Shown here piece by piece: positions 1 through 12,235 of a DNA stretch of 64,000 bases (its first letter is position 1; the number at the start of each line of letters is the position of its first letter). The stretch covers positions 11,163,319 through 11,227,318 of the forward strand of contig NC_068993.1 in NCBI RefSeq assembly GCF_001194135.2, given 5' to 3'. The notes under the pieces were generated by a model that saw only the letters and a program-made list of their open reading frames with translations, was not told where the DNA came from and searched no databases. Source of the stretch: Octopus bimaculoides (taxonomy: Eukaryota). The position numbers and the translations under genes are program-made.

Positions 1-290
1 GTCTTGCTTTTACAACTCACTAATGACACATGACATGGCTCTATATCTGCCCGTAGATATCACGGTACACGAGTCAAAGAGGAAAAAAAAAAAAACAGAA
101 ACAGTGAAAAAAAGAAACAAAATATGCTAAACAAAAAAACAAACAAACAAACAACAAATGCACAAACAAAAACGATAGTAAAATAAACAAACAAAATAAA
201 TTCCTTCTTGAAATAGTTGCTTGTGTAAGTTCAGAAATTTTAGTGTCAAATACTGTTAGAATCGATGTACGGTTTCGATATATCAGAATA

Positions 291-350
291 ATGGTAGCAC
301 TGATTTTCTTTCAATATATCTTGGGATCCATAGAAGCAGTAGAGCAACAG
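291..350 (+). CDS. Candidate first coding exon, signal-peptide-like (MVALIFFQYILGSIEAVEQQ)
   Basis: ATG at 291, 20 open codons with a hydrophobic core, ends CAG|GTAAAA donor in phase 0. No homology recognised. Confidence 0.18.
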
Positions 351-447
351 GTAAAATGTCTGGAGATGATTTAGCTGCTTCTCTTTATGTTTAGCAAGTT
401 TTTACTCACGCGTTGGTAACAGTCACTCAAGATTTTTTTTTACATAT

Positions 448-504
448 AGATCGAACTCGAAGCCACGAAAACGCCAGGCGAATTTCTTAACTAAATCAAC
501 AGCC
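448..504 (-). mobile_element. Isolated tRNA-like SINE head fragment (A-type)
   Basis: Reverse complement ggctgttgatttagttaagaaattcgcctggcgttttcgtggcttcgagttcgatct has A-box-like and B-box-like motifs resembling the heads at 55551 and 62404. Confidence 0.4.
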
Positions 505-1453
505 ATTATCTCCGAGTACTCAGTGTTGAAGATTTACTGAGTAATAAGATCGCAGTGAAACAGATTGAGCAATAGTGCCACGCTACTATTTTATTCTCAT
601 CGAAGCGAGAACAATGAAATAGAATATGTACACCTTTCTGCTAGCATGTAAATTGAAAAATCCGTACAAGATCAATATTGAATACTCTGGTGATGCTTTA
701 AGTCTATTACTTCACCGTTTTTGCCAACAAGTCTTCCTTACAAAGATTAATATGGAGTTGATTTGACCAGGCATGCGGCCAACATCCTCATGGGTTGGGT
801 AGAAATAACTGAATCAATCTCTGTTGAAAGACTTTTAAACTGCTTCCCTTACAAACATTAATATTGTATGTTTTGTTGACTGAAACGTATTGTAGTCAAT
901 AACAACATACCCTGAAGATTTGCCTAAAGAAGAATTAATTACAGTTATCTTACGCAATTACTTTGTATTGTTTCTCTTGCTTTATTTATTTCTATCTAGT
1001 TTTCTATGTTTGTTTATTTTCTTCTTTGTTTTTCGAAATTTGTTTTGAATTTGTATTGCTTTAACTGTTGGATATAATTAAGTATCACAGGCAAACAAAT
1101 GCAGTGCAAAGAGCTCGTTTCTGAAATACTTCTTTTATCATCTCTAAACAATACACACAAACACATACACACGTACACAGAAACACTTACGCTGATGCAG
1201 ATATACATACGCATGCACACACACAGGAGATACATTACAATAACATTGAAACAACATTCTGCAGTTCAAATATATGATCGCAAAAGGCCAAATGCAAATA
1301 ATATGGCACAAAATACACTGCCTTATAAAAACCTGTTACCATACGAATATTGATACTCACACACACGCACAAGCTCAAGATATGGCTTAGAAGAGGATTC
1401 TAGATGGATGAATGATTTGTTAGAAATAGTAGTTAATTTTCTCGTTTCAACAG

Positions 1454-1519
1454 TCACTGTCTAAATATCGGGAGGAACCAATGGACGACGTTGTACCTGA
1501 TATTCATAAAGATGGCTAG
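1454..1519 (+). CDS. Candidate 66-bp exon (SLSKYREEPMDDVVPDIHKDG* in phase 0)
   Basis: Acceptor ttctcgtttcaacag, donor TAG|GTAACA, 28/66 G+C; phase-compatible with 291-350. Confidence 0.22.
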   Translation, partial: SLSKYREEPMDDVVPDIHKDG

Positions 1520-1584
1520 GTAACAACTGAAATGTATTTGACATTACAAAACACCATTAGGAGTAACTTGTAAATGACATTTTT

Positions 1585-1598
1585 CACACACACACACG

Positions 1599-1646
<48 letters not shown>
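1585..1646. repeat. (CA)n microsatellite
   Basis: Directly visible. Confidence 0.97.
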
Positions 1647-1650
<4 letters not shown>

Positions 1651-3277
1651 GGCGCGTTGCATGAAGGGGGAACAAAAAAAACAACTTTTCAGAGCCGTGA
1701 ATGTTTGTAGCGTCTCTAACAGCAATAGGATGGGAAGTTGGCAATCTTCTACGTAATTTTGTAGACAGGACTTCATTTAACATAAAGGTCGGCGGACAAT
1801 TATTTATTATTTTCCCTAATATTTTATCAGTTGTGCATCTACGCCCTCACATACAAATCAGAATACTTGTAATATCACATTAGTTGCTGTATCGGCAACA
1901 AAGAAAGTTATAATCAAATTTGATATGTTCAAATAAAGATAACAGAACAGAGTATTTACTTCCAGTAATTTCTATCGTTAGCTTTCATGCCAGAGGATAT
2001 GTTATCTTGCTAGTAAATACAATACTCTCTTATGCTGAGAAAATTTTTTAAATTGTCAACATTTCCATTTGCAGGCACCCTCATCCCTTTGTTAACGATT
2101 CACATCGTTACGACCAGGATCCATCATGTGTTTTAAGTAGTTTGATATTTTACAACCTACGTTTTAGTCGGAATGTTGCATCTTCGTGCTTAGACGACAC
2201 AAATGAAGTTTCTAACCGCCAACAGAGATGTGAGATTTGAATTCTCATTAGATTTAACAGTAAAAATGCACGTATCAGCCATGACTTGATATTATTTCAT
2301 TATCATGAACTAACCAGAGCCATTTTATGGGAATCTAACCAACTACAATTAGCAATCACATTTCTATCTAATTAACCTCTAATATCCAAGAAAAAGAGCT
2401 CTTTGATTGGATGGTCAGTAACTGAGGAAAAAACTGTTTAATCTCATATCGAAAATATTTTATTACAGCTCATATTGACCAGGGCTAACTTAAGGTTAAA
2501 ATAACGAATTCACGTTTCCTTTAGTCTCCAGTTAAATATCAAATCCTTATCCTATGATTGTCGAATATATCTCGTGGCGATGATCGCTATTACGTGGCAA
2601 TGATTAACTTTTGGTTGTAATTTTTGAGATTTTTTTGTGTACACGAAAGTTAAAGAAAGATTTGTTTTATCCGTAGTTAGTTATTTTAATCTTGTTTGCA
2701 CTTTTCTAGACATCGATTTCAGCAATGTAATGTTACTAATTACTTAAGTGTATGAACAGACGCTTATATAATATTTCATTTAGACTGTAAATGATTTCGT
2801 TTTCCGTTTAACACATATGTCTATTAAATTTAATTGTGTCCCGTTACGCCTCAGCCTTTTCCCTAATATCTCGGGAGAAAGCAAAAACAAGAGAAAAACA
2901 AAGCAAAATGAAACGACAAAAGTATTATTTTACTTAATACATTGATAACAAATTGGAAAATTGAACAGTCTGTGTGCGAGAAGCACTAGAAGTAACAAGA
3001 AGATTGAAGCTAAAAATGGAATCTCTTAGAGGCACAATCTGCCAAAATCAGCTGCCAAAATCTCACAAATCACAAAGTACAGTGTTAAGAAAAGAAGGTC
3101 TCATATGATAATATAGACAAAGAGACACCACGTCTGAAATATAAAGGAGGCGATCAAGGTAGAGAGACCTCGATTATTAGTTTGCCTCGTTTTTGCTTTT
3201 GTTTCCTTTGGAAAGTGTTTTTTTCAATATATATTTTTCTTTCATTCTTTTTCTTTCATTCTTCTTTCTTTCATTCT

Positions 3278-3378
3278 CTTTTCTTTCATTCATGTTTCAG
3301 TCATTTGAGTGCGGCCATGATGGAGCACCGCCTTGAAGGGTTTCAGTCGAACAAATCGACTGAAAGATTTATTTTTTA
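3278..3378 (-). mobile_element. SINE family A, 3' end fragment
   Basis: tgtttcagtcatttgagtgcggccatgatggagcaccgcc matches the A-type 3' ends at 61412-61480 and 63001-63060. Confidence 0.85.
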
Positions 3379-3660
3379 ATTGACTAAAAGACTTGTTTTT
3401 TAAGCCTATATATATATATATATACATACAGTGTACATTTAAACACATAAGAGAGATGTCCACAATAGGAGATCTAACCCGCTAGAAGGGGAAGTCAAAC
3501 TCCAAACAACAATTAGGGATAATTTCGAAAGGGAATGAAAAATAAAAACATTTACCATCTATTTCGTGAACCAATGTTTCAAGCTATTTTTAGTGAAATA
3601 AAATAATTTGCAAGGCCAGCTATCATCAGCAGGAGAGCCAAGATTAACACATAAATGTTT

Positions 3661-3813
3661 CGTAACTTAGCGCCTCGGTAAGCAAATTCTCAACAAAATA
3701 AGTATTAGGCTTAACAAGAGGAAAAGAAAATTTAATGGGGTCGATTTGTCCGACGAAAACAGTTTCTCAATGTAGTGCAACAGCATGGCCGCCATCTAAC
3801 GGCTGAAACAAAA
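3661..3813 (+). mobile_element. SINE family A, diverged 3' half
   Basis: cgtaacttagcg...aataagtattaggctt...ggggtcgattt...cagcatggccgc...ctgaaacaa is colinear with 21939-22089 and 55804-55948. Confidence 0.8.
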
Positions 3814-4146
3814 GCAACATGGAAGACGAAACTGAGCTCAACTACAACAAGAGAAAGAACATCAGTCAAAACCATCCACAAAAAGCAGCTGGATTATTGG
3901 TGCTAGTATAAGTAGGATTAAGAGTGATTGGAGGTACTTACTTAACACCTTGTCTTGTAACTCCTTTGGTAATATCTCAACATAGCCTGTCGCCAGATTT
4001 CTAATTATTTTTGGTTGGCAGCTTGGTAATTGCTGGTTCTTTGAGAGCCGTTTTTACAACGAGTTTCAGCCGTGTTTCGTGAGGCGTTGGTCTGATGGCA
4101 GGTTTCTGATTGAGACGTTGACAATTACCAATTCCTTGCGTGACAG

Positions 4147-4182
4147 CATACATACATACATGCAGATGTATGTATGTATACT

Positions 4183-4236
<54 letters not shown>

Positions 4237-4271
4237 GATACACACACACACACACACACGCACACACACAC

Positions 4272-4316
<45 letters not shown>

Positions 4317-4377
4317 CTTTTATTTACATACATAATGCATGCATACATACATACACATATATATAAATTTGCACACA

Positions 4378-4452
<75 letters not shown>

Positions 4453-4464
4453 TTATATATATAT
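4147..4464. repeat. Compound (TA)n/(CA)n/(CTAT)n microsatellite
   Basis: Directly visible; source of the ORFs at 4001-4466. Confidence 0.95.
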
Positions 4465-5415
4465 GAACCAACATTTCTGGAATTGAATATTTTCTGTCTC
4501 TCTTATAGGTAATTTATCCAAATTTACTTGAAATTATTTGACTACATTTGATTTACGCATAAACCATCGATAATACTAAACCGATTAGAAGAAATCTTTA
4601 AACACAATTATTTTCTACATTTTACATGGTGACACTTTCATTGTTACTTCAGTTATTTTCCAGAAGGCAATGATTCGCTGAAGTGGTAAGAATAAGAGCG
4701 AAACCTGTCTGCTGAATGATTCCGTCATCGCTGGAAAAATGGACATATAATTAAGTATCGGATTTACTAATTTCTGTAAATGAAAATTTGGTCAGTTATT
4801 GAGTAATATGTATTATTTTACTCACTGTAAATTTATTTACAATTTGGTTTTTAATGCTGTAACCCATTAACTTCGCTAACACTAACTTAATTGCAAAGTG
4901 AGACAGAGTGCGACACGAAAGATCATTAAATTTAAGCAAGTTACGTGGCGCAAAACCATAACTTCCCTCGAGGATAAATAAATTAATAATTTGATGAATC
5001 AACTATTGACCTTCGTTCGAGATTCAATCTCAGAACTAAAATTTACCAAACTATAATAATTATGTGAATGTTACCTTAGTCTCTCAACCATCTAAATTGA
5101 ATTTTCTGCTGGTGAGGAATAACAACGGATTACGTTATCTCAGTGTCTTTCACAACATAAAACCTGGCATCAGTAATAACTTATATACTGAAGATTGAAA
5201 GAGATGGAGAGAAGTCGAGAGAGAAAGAAAGAGTGAGAAAGAGAGAGTTTGAGAAAGAGACAGAGAGAGAGGAAGGGAGGGAAAGAGGGAGGGACAACAG
5301 CCTTAGTCAAGCGAGGTTATGCATTTCATTGTGAATACACCCATTAAATACATAACGCATTATTGACAATCACATCATTGAGATGAACTAGTTACGACTA
5401 CCAATACTTAATATT

Positions 5416-5478
5416 GGTTTCAAAGTTTGGCACAAGGCCAGCAATTTCGAAGGGGAAGCAATTCAATTACATCGACCT
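5416..5478 (-). mobile_element. SINE family C variant, 3' tail fragment
   Basis: ggcacaaggccagcaatttcg...attacatcgacc resembles the tail at 35550-35602 and, in reverse complement, 63153-63224. Confidence 0.6.
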
Positions 5479-5524
5479 TGTTGTTCATACACCTGTTTTC
5501 GTCTTTTGTTTCTGCAAATTTCAG

Positions 5525-5558
<34 letters not shown>

Positions 5559-5923
5559 NNNNNNNNNNNNNNNNNNNNNNNNNNNNNNNNNNNNNNNNNN
5601 NNNNNNNNNNNNNNNNNNNNNNNNNNNNNNNNNNNNNNNNNNNNNNNNNNNNNNNNNNNNNNNNNNNNNNNNNNNNNNNNNNNNNNNNNNNNNNNNNNNN
5701 NNNNNNNNNNNNNNNNNNNNNNNNNNNNNNNNNNNNNNNNNNNNNNNNNNNNNNNNNNNNNNNNNNNNNNNNNNNNNNNNNNNNNNNNNNNNNNNNNNNN
5801 NNNNNNNNNNNNGTGAAAAACAGCCTGAAGGAGGAAAATTCTTCATATATATATATAGCAGATCCCAAAATAACATTACAGAAGAAAAAAAGAGAAAGGA
5901 ACACTTAATCCAGCGAGAAAAGT

Positions 5924-5955
<32 letters not shown>

Positions 5956-6079
5956 CGACGGGCTTCCACACAGTCTTCGTCAACGAAATTTACCTACATA
6001 AAATATGTCGGCCCGGCGTTATAGACAGAAAACACTTGCCCAGGGTGTCTCAAAGTGAGACTAATTCTGAAAGTACATG
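5956..6079 (-). mobile_element. SINE family A, 5' half ending at the internal (TA)n
   Basis: Reverse complement contains ctgggcaagtgttttct...gggccgac...gaagcccgtcg followed by (TA)n. Confidence 0.75.
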
Positions 6080-7265
6080 TTTTCAATGTGAGCTTACCCA
6101 TAAAATGAACAATACAATTTATTACACATGAGATCATGAAATACCAGCCAGTTCTCTATTTGTGTAAATTTTATCGTTATAAACCTCTTTTGAAAATATC
6201 CCTGATCTTGTTTTCGTGCAAGGAATTACTGTCTAGCAACGGATAATCAATGATTGAGCGAATACATTAAGGTAAGTGTCATGTAGACGTGGTAATCTTC
6301 TCGTGTGTTGAACCCCCTAGCCTGATTTAAATTATCTTTGAGCGATTTCAATTGTCTCGTGTCTGTACAGAAGGGCAAAACTGAATAGCCTAAAGAGGGA
6401 CGCGCTACTATTAGACAAAACTTAACCTTGATACGTTACACGAATACAATGTTTCCAGTGTTGCCTCCTGCCAACAATTCCACTAAATGGTTATGGGACA
6501 TTAAAAATTCACTTCGTTTTCAAATACGTTAACAGTTTCTCATCTTATCTTACTCATGCGTCTGCCATTGACAACCAACCGCAACTTCTCAGCCAAGAGG
6601 GTTAAGTTTAGCAATTTAACATTCCAAGCCTAACGTCAGCTGTCATCACTAATACACATAGATTACGAAATGATGTATTAAATAAGAATCGGAATATTAA
6701 TGCAAGTCGAAATATTTTATCAACGAAAAATCAATTTAGAATCTCCTCCTTTTAATAGAGCTGAGACGGATATGCTTTCGTGCACGTTTTGAAATGCCAG
6801 AGGCAATTTCTTTACAAAGTGCCAACTCAATGCCGACCTACATTTACTTATTTACATTAGTTTAATGACGATTTACTGGTGGCAAATGGACGGTATATGA
6901 GTAAAATCATAATTTTGAATTCTGAATATATTTCTAAACTTCTCTCTTCTCGAACACTTAGGATAAACGTACAAGGGGAAATTTATGTACAAGATCACGT
7001 GTAGACATTTATGCAAATATTGATTTCTTTTCCAAGGGCACAAGAAGAAGAATTTATATGAAAACGGAATATTGGAAGTCTCTCTCCTTCTCTCTTAGGC
7101 TTGCGTTCTCTCATTCCCCACCTTTCTTTCCCTCTCTTTGCTGAGAGGTCAACAAAGTAAGCGGGAATTGGATAATGTCAACAGGGAAACGAAACAAGAT
7201 CTACGACTCACTCACCAGAAGATGGCTTTCCACATTCAAGTGTTTACTGCGTTACACACACACAC

Positions 7266-7316
<51 letters not shown>

Positions 7317-7381
7317 TACACACAGACACACACAAACACACACTCACACTCACACATTCAATAAAAAATTACAAGCAGTGC

Positions 7382-7600
7382 TAGTGATGTAAACATTATC
7401 GATCGCACATACTCAATCAACGTGTTGCGTGTGTTAGTCGCATTCGCTGCGACATAGCGCTTGGGGACTATCCCTGATAGCTCTTGATGTCAAAACACCT
7501 AAATAAAGTCAAAATGCCCAAGCGCTCTCTCACCGTGAATCCGGCGAACAAGCAAAACACATACATTGAATACGTGCAATCGATAATGTTTACACCACTG
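7382..7600. mobile_element. MITE / fold-back element with 37-bp terminal inverted repeats
   Basis: 7388-7417 vs reverse complement of 7565-7594 is 27/30 identical; outer ends ctagtga/ccagtgg; internal perfect 10-bp inverted repeat at 7456-7465 and 7517-7526. No TSD found. Confidence 0.75.
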
Positions 7601-7839
7601 GAACTGATTTTAATTCGTTATTGAATTTATTTTTACATGTACATCACCGTGGCACATCAGCAAATAATTCTGACACTATTTATATATAGTGACAGACTGG
7701 CGATCCGATTATTCAGGTACGTGATGTTGATAAGGCACAAATGTGCGAAATATCAGCATCCATCACTCCTGGATTCATTCTGGGGCGTGTTGTCTCTTCT
7801 CTCTATGACATCCACCTTTATCAATGGTATTCCGCAGCA

Positions 7840-7896
7840 AACCCGGCGAAGAAACAATACACATACACTGAGTATTTGCGATCGATAACATTTATA
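7840..7896. mobile_element. Second, orphan copy of the right end of the 7382-7600 element
   Basis: 45/57 identical to 7538-7594 in direct orientation. Confidence 0.7.
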
Positions 7897-7932
7897 TGTC
7901 TGTGTTTACATATATATATATATATATATATG

Positions 7933-8204
7933 CAGAGGGGCTGGACAAAATAATGGAAACACCTAAAAATTTGAGACAAATTTATTTTAATAGGAGTTGG
8001 ACCGTCTTTGGCAGTAATTACAGCTTGAATTCTACTATGTATGAACTCAACTGTTTCCCTCGGAATTTTTTGTCAATTCTTCAGCTAAAACAGTCTCCAG
8101 TTCTTGTAGTGATGATGGCAGAGGATATCGACTCCTTTCTCTAAAATGCGCCATAAATGTTCAAGAATATTGAGATCTGAGGACTGTGGGGGCCAGATAA
8201 GATG
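7933..8204 (-). mobile_element. Tc1-like transposon 3' remnant (transposase C-terminus plus TIR)
   Basis: Minus strand reads LIWPPQSSDLNILEHLWRILE (WPxQSPDLNPIE motif), then after frameshifts YPLPSSLQELETVLAEE and RIQAVITAKDGPT, then AATAAA. TIR cagaggggctggacaaaataatggaaacacc starts at 7933 next to (TA)n. Confidence 0.9.
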
Positions 8205-8244
8205 TAGTAGTAGTAGCAGGAAGATTAGTAGTATTAGAAGTAGC

Positions 8245-8303
<59 letters not shown>

Positions 8304-9384
8304 TAGTAGTAGTAGTAGTAGTAGGAGGAGGATGAGGAGCACTACTACAAACATTAGCAGAAGAAGGAAGGAAAGGAAAAACGGAAAAGAGGAAGAAGTA
8401 GAAGGATAAAAAAGATGAGACAGGGAAAGTAAGTACAAGACGAAACTGACCGTAGCAGTATGATGATGATGATGATGACGAAGTTGATGATGACCATCGT
8501 CATCATCGTCATCACTACACTTAACAGCAGCAGCAAACCTGTCTTTATCATCAGCACCACTATCACCATCACCAACATCATCATTAGCACCATCACCACC
8601 ACTATGACCATCATCATCGTCGTGGTCGTCATTGATATCGTCATCATCGTTGTCGTCCTTTTCCTCCTCCCCTTCGTCGTCGTCGTCGTCCTCCTTCTTT
8701 CTCCTCATCTTCTTCATCATCATCATCATCATCACTGTGATGCTCTTTGTCGTCATTGTCGCCCTTTGTCATCGTCGTAGGAATTATCATCATTATCATA
8801 ATCACCAGCACCATCGTCATCGTCATCATCATCATCATCAACGTCATCATCATTAATCATTATCACCATCATCGTCGTCGTCGTCGACGTCACCAGCCCC
8901 TCATCATCATCATTGTCGTCATCGTCGTCATCATCATCATCAAACTCTTCCTCCTGCTCCACCTCCTCCTCCCCTCCTCCCCTCCTCCCCTCCTNNNNNN
9001 NNNNNNNNNNNNNNNNNNNNNNNNNNNNNNNNNNNNNNNNNNNNNNNNNNNNNNNNNNNNNNNNNNNNNNNNNNNNNNNNNNNNNNNNNNNNNNNNNNNN
9101 NNNNNNNNNNNNNNNNNNNNNNNNNNNNNNNNNNNNNNNNNNNNNNNNNNNNNNNNNNNNNNNNNNNNNNNNNNNNNNNNNNNNNNNNNNNNNNNNNNNN
9201 NNNNNNNNNNNNNNNNNNNNNNNNNNNNNNNNNNNNNNNNNNNNNNNNNNNNNNNNNNNNNNNNNNNNNNNNNNNNNNNNNNNNNNNNNNNNNNNNNNNN
9301 NNNNNNNNNNNNNNNNNNNNNNNNNNNNNNNNNNNNNNNNNNNNNNNNNNNNNNNNNNNCATCATCGTCGTCATCATCATCATC

Positions 9385-9415
<31 letters not shown>

Positions 9416-9527
9416 TCATCATCATCTACATCACCATCATCATCATCATCCTCATCATCATCATCGTCGTCATCATCATCATCATCACCATCATCACCAT
9501 GACCATCATCACCATCATCATCATCAA
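8205..9527. repeat. Compound triplet microsatellite (TAG/TGA/CAT/CGT/CCT) with N gap
   Basis: Directly visible; generates the poly-S/H/D/I/M ORFs. Confidence 0.95.
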
Positions 9528-9886
9528 CCTCGTTTCGCAACATACAACCGATATTATCTTACCACGTAATCGAACACCATATTATAACATCACGTAACGA
9601 GATAAACCAGAAAATCTCTTACTATGAATTTGTTTTGTGCTGATTCAGTTAATCCTTGGCTAACTTCACCAAATTTGATTGTCGAGGTCAGACAATCGTC
9701 CCTCGTTTTGTCGTAATGAGAAACAGCACAATATCGATTCGTTACGCTGCGCTGTTATGTATGATGTATTGCTGATCTTTATGTACAGTTACCGTGTCTT
9801 GGATGCGGCGATAATGTTGATATCTTGCTAGTGAATGTGTCTTGGAGATGTTATCGCAATGATTGCGAATATACATAAATACGGGG

Positions 9887-9920
<34 letters not shown>

Positions 9921-9932
9921 GCACACACACAC

Positions 9933-9976
<44 letters not shown>

Positions 9977-10572
9977 NNNNNNNNNNNNNNNNNNNNNNNN
10001 NNNNNNNNNNNNNNNNNNNNNNNNNNNNNNNNNNNNNNNNNNNNNNNNNNNNNNNNNNNNNNNNNNNNNNNNNNNNNNNNNNNNNNNNNNNNNNNNNNNN
10101 NNNNNNNNNNNNNNNNNNNNNNNNNNNNNNNNNNNNNNNNNNNNNNNNNNNNNNNNNNNNNNNNNNNNNNNNNNNNNNNNNNNNNNNNNNNNNNNNNNNN
10201 NNNNNNNNNNNNNNNNNNNNNNNNNNNNNNNNNNNNNNNNNNNNNNNNNNNNNNNNNNNNNNNNNNNNNNNNNNNNNNNNNNNNNNNNNNNNNNNNNNNN
10301 NNNNNNNNNNNNNNNNNNNNNNNNNNNNNNNNNNNNNNNNNNNNNNNNNNNNNNNNNNNNNNNNNNNNNNNNNNNNNNNNNNNNNNNNNNNNNNNNNNNN
10401 NNNNNNNNNNNNNNNNNNNNNNNNNNNNNNNNNNNNNNNNNNNNNNNNNNNNNNNNNNNNNNNNNNNNNNNNNNNNNNNNNNNNNNNNNNNNNNNNNNNN
10501 NNNNNNNNNNNNNNNNNNNNNNNNNNNNNNNNNNNNNNNNNNNNNNNNNATATATATATATATATATATATA

Positions 10573-11365
10573 CAGTACTGTTCAAAAGTCTTCGGCCACT
10601 TCAATTGTCAATTTGTACTAATTGCCAAAGTGGATGTTTCGCATCGCGTTTTTTACAGGTAAAACATTGGCCCTGTTGGAGTCAATTCCATACCTAATTA
10701 TTATATTTTGTAATAGAGGTTCTAATAAACGAAGATTTGTCAGAAGGCCTCTAGGAAAGGGAAACGACCCACGTGAAATGACAAAAACTGATGTTTGTGG
10801 GTAAGAGTCTGATGCTTTTGGGATACATAACAAGCGATGATTCAAGAAAGATGGTTAACATTGACGGTAATTTGAATAGTGCCAAATACATCCAGTTAGT
10901 GAAGGACAATTTGATACCAGACTTGGGTGAAGCTAAGATCTTTCAGCATGACGGAACTCTATGCCACAGATCGCGGGCAACGCAACAGAATCTGGCTGAT
11001 GTTGGTGTTACCGTATTGAAAGATTGGCTCTCTCATAGCTCTGAGTTAAATATCACCGAGCAAATGTGGACAGAACTAAAGAGGAAAGTTTGTCAGAAGA
11101 ATCCACGCAATCTTGATGAGTTGTGGGAGTTCAGTCACAGTGAATGGCATCTCATACCTGTGAAGATGGTGAAGGGTTTGTACGCATCTCTTCTCAGGCG
11201 CATTGAAGCAATTATTCAAGCTAAAGGAAACCACACGAAATATTAATGATGTACAGTAACTTCTTGAAATGAACCTTAAGTAATATGTTTCAATTATAGA
11301 CGTTTTTTTTCTGTTTTAAGACACTGTATCATGATTGGTTTATGTGAGTTGGCCGAAAACTTTTG
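10573..11365 (+). mobile_element. Internally deleted Tc1-like DNA transposon
   Basis: Left TIR cagtactgttcaaaagtcttcggccact follows TA at 10571. The right inner TIR ggccgaaaacttttg (11351-11365) matches it in reverse complement, while the outer part of the right TIR is lost. Contains a transposase remnant. Confidence 0.92.
10720..11246 (+). pseudogene. Tc1-family DDE transposase, C-terminal half, frameshifted
   Basis: RRFVRRPLG..DPREMTKT, frameshift, GKSLMLLGYI...IDGNLNSAKYIQLV...IFQHDGTLCH...KDWLSHSSELNITEQMWTELKRKV...RRIEAIIQAKGNHTKY*. The HTH DNA-binding region and first Asp are absent. Confidence 0.93.
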
Positions 11366-11572
11366 CTGTGCCATTTTTGGTGGTTGTCTCGCATCTTCCC
11401 CTCCTCTCATTCAGAACCCCTACTACAAAATATAATGATTAGGTATGCAAATGGCTCCAACAGGGCCAATATTTCATCTGTAAAAAACGCAATGCGAAAC
11501 ATCCAATTATAAGTTGGCAATTAGTAGAAATTGACAATAGTTTAATGTGGTCGAAGACTTCAGCACGCACTC

Positions 11573-11603
<31 letters not shown>

Positions 11604-11892
11604 NNNNNNNNNNNNNNNNNNNNNNNNNNNNNNNNNNNNNNNNNNNNNNNNNNNNNNNNNNNNNNNNNNNNNNNNNNNGTGTGTGTGTGTGTGTGTGCCT
11701 ATGATATATTCATGTACACACCTATGTGCGTAAACGAATACATAACTAGATACACGCACAATATAAACACAAATATACACGCACACAAGAACATTTAGAA
11801 AGTTGTGCATACGCAAATACACTCATACATACATATATACATCTATCCATCCATCTATCCATCGATAAATACATACATGCATACATATATCT

Positions 11893-12208
11893 GAAAATAA
11901 TAGACCGCATATATCGTTGTTTTAGACAGATGAGAAAAAGTATGTATCGTCATGGAGACAAGTTACTCAGCTGATGTGAATATCTCTTCGAAAATCAAAG
12001 AGAAAGAAGATAAATACGGAGAACTGCTCCGAAACCTCCAGCTTCAAATTATAAATTCACATTCATAGCAATAACTGGTGCGTTTGATTCTTTGAATAAA
12101 TGTCCACGTGACCACCTAGGCAAGAAATCATCCAGCTGACACGCACATTACGGATGTAGTCTAAATGGAGAAGAAAAAATGTGCAAGACCGTTCTCATGT
12201 TCTAAAGG
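11893..12208 (+). mobile_element. 3' end of a REL-endonuclease non-LTR retrotransposon (R2/R4/NeSL superclade), decayed
   Basis: NRPH(fs)IVVLDR*EKVCIVMETSYSADVNISSKIKEKEDKYGELLRNLQ...ITGAFDSL...KMCKTVLMF* fits the RPD..D..K..KY REL pattern and the ORF end. Confidence 0.8.
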
Positions 12209-12235
12209 TGAGTTTATTTTTGTTATCTACATTCT

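Noticed and set aside
3942-4038. Minus-strand exon-like segment NQQLPSCQPKIIRNLATGYVEILPKELQDKVL with a GTAAGT donor
   Set aside because: Weak acceptor, no partner exon and no recognisable homology.
6223-6271. 49-bp segment with a perfect AAG|GTAAGT donor
   Set aside because: Stops in all three frames; a few perfect donors per strand are expected by chance in a window this size.
12160-12215. AAG|GTGAGT donor and ORF 12165-12350
   Set aside because: It lies at the junction of a LINE 3' end and a SINE head, so it is TE-derived.
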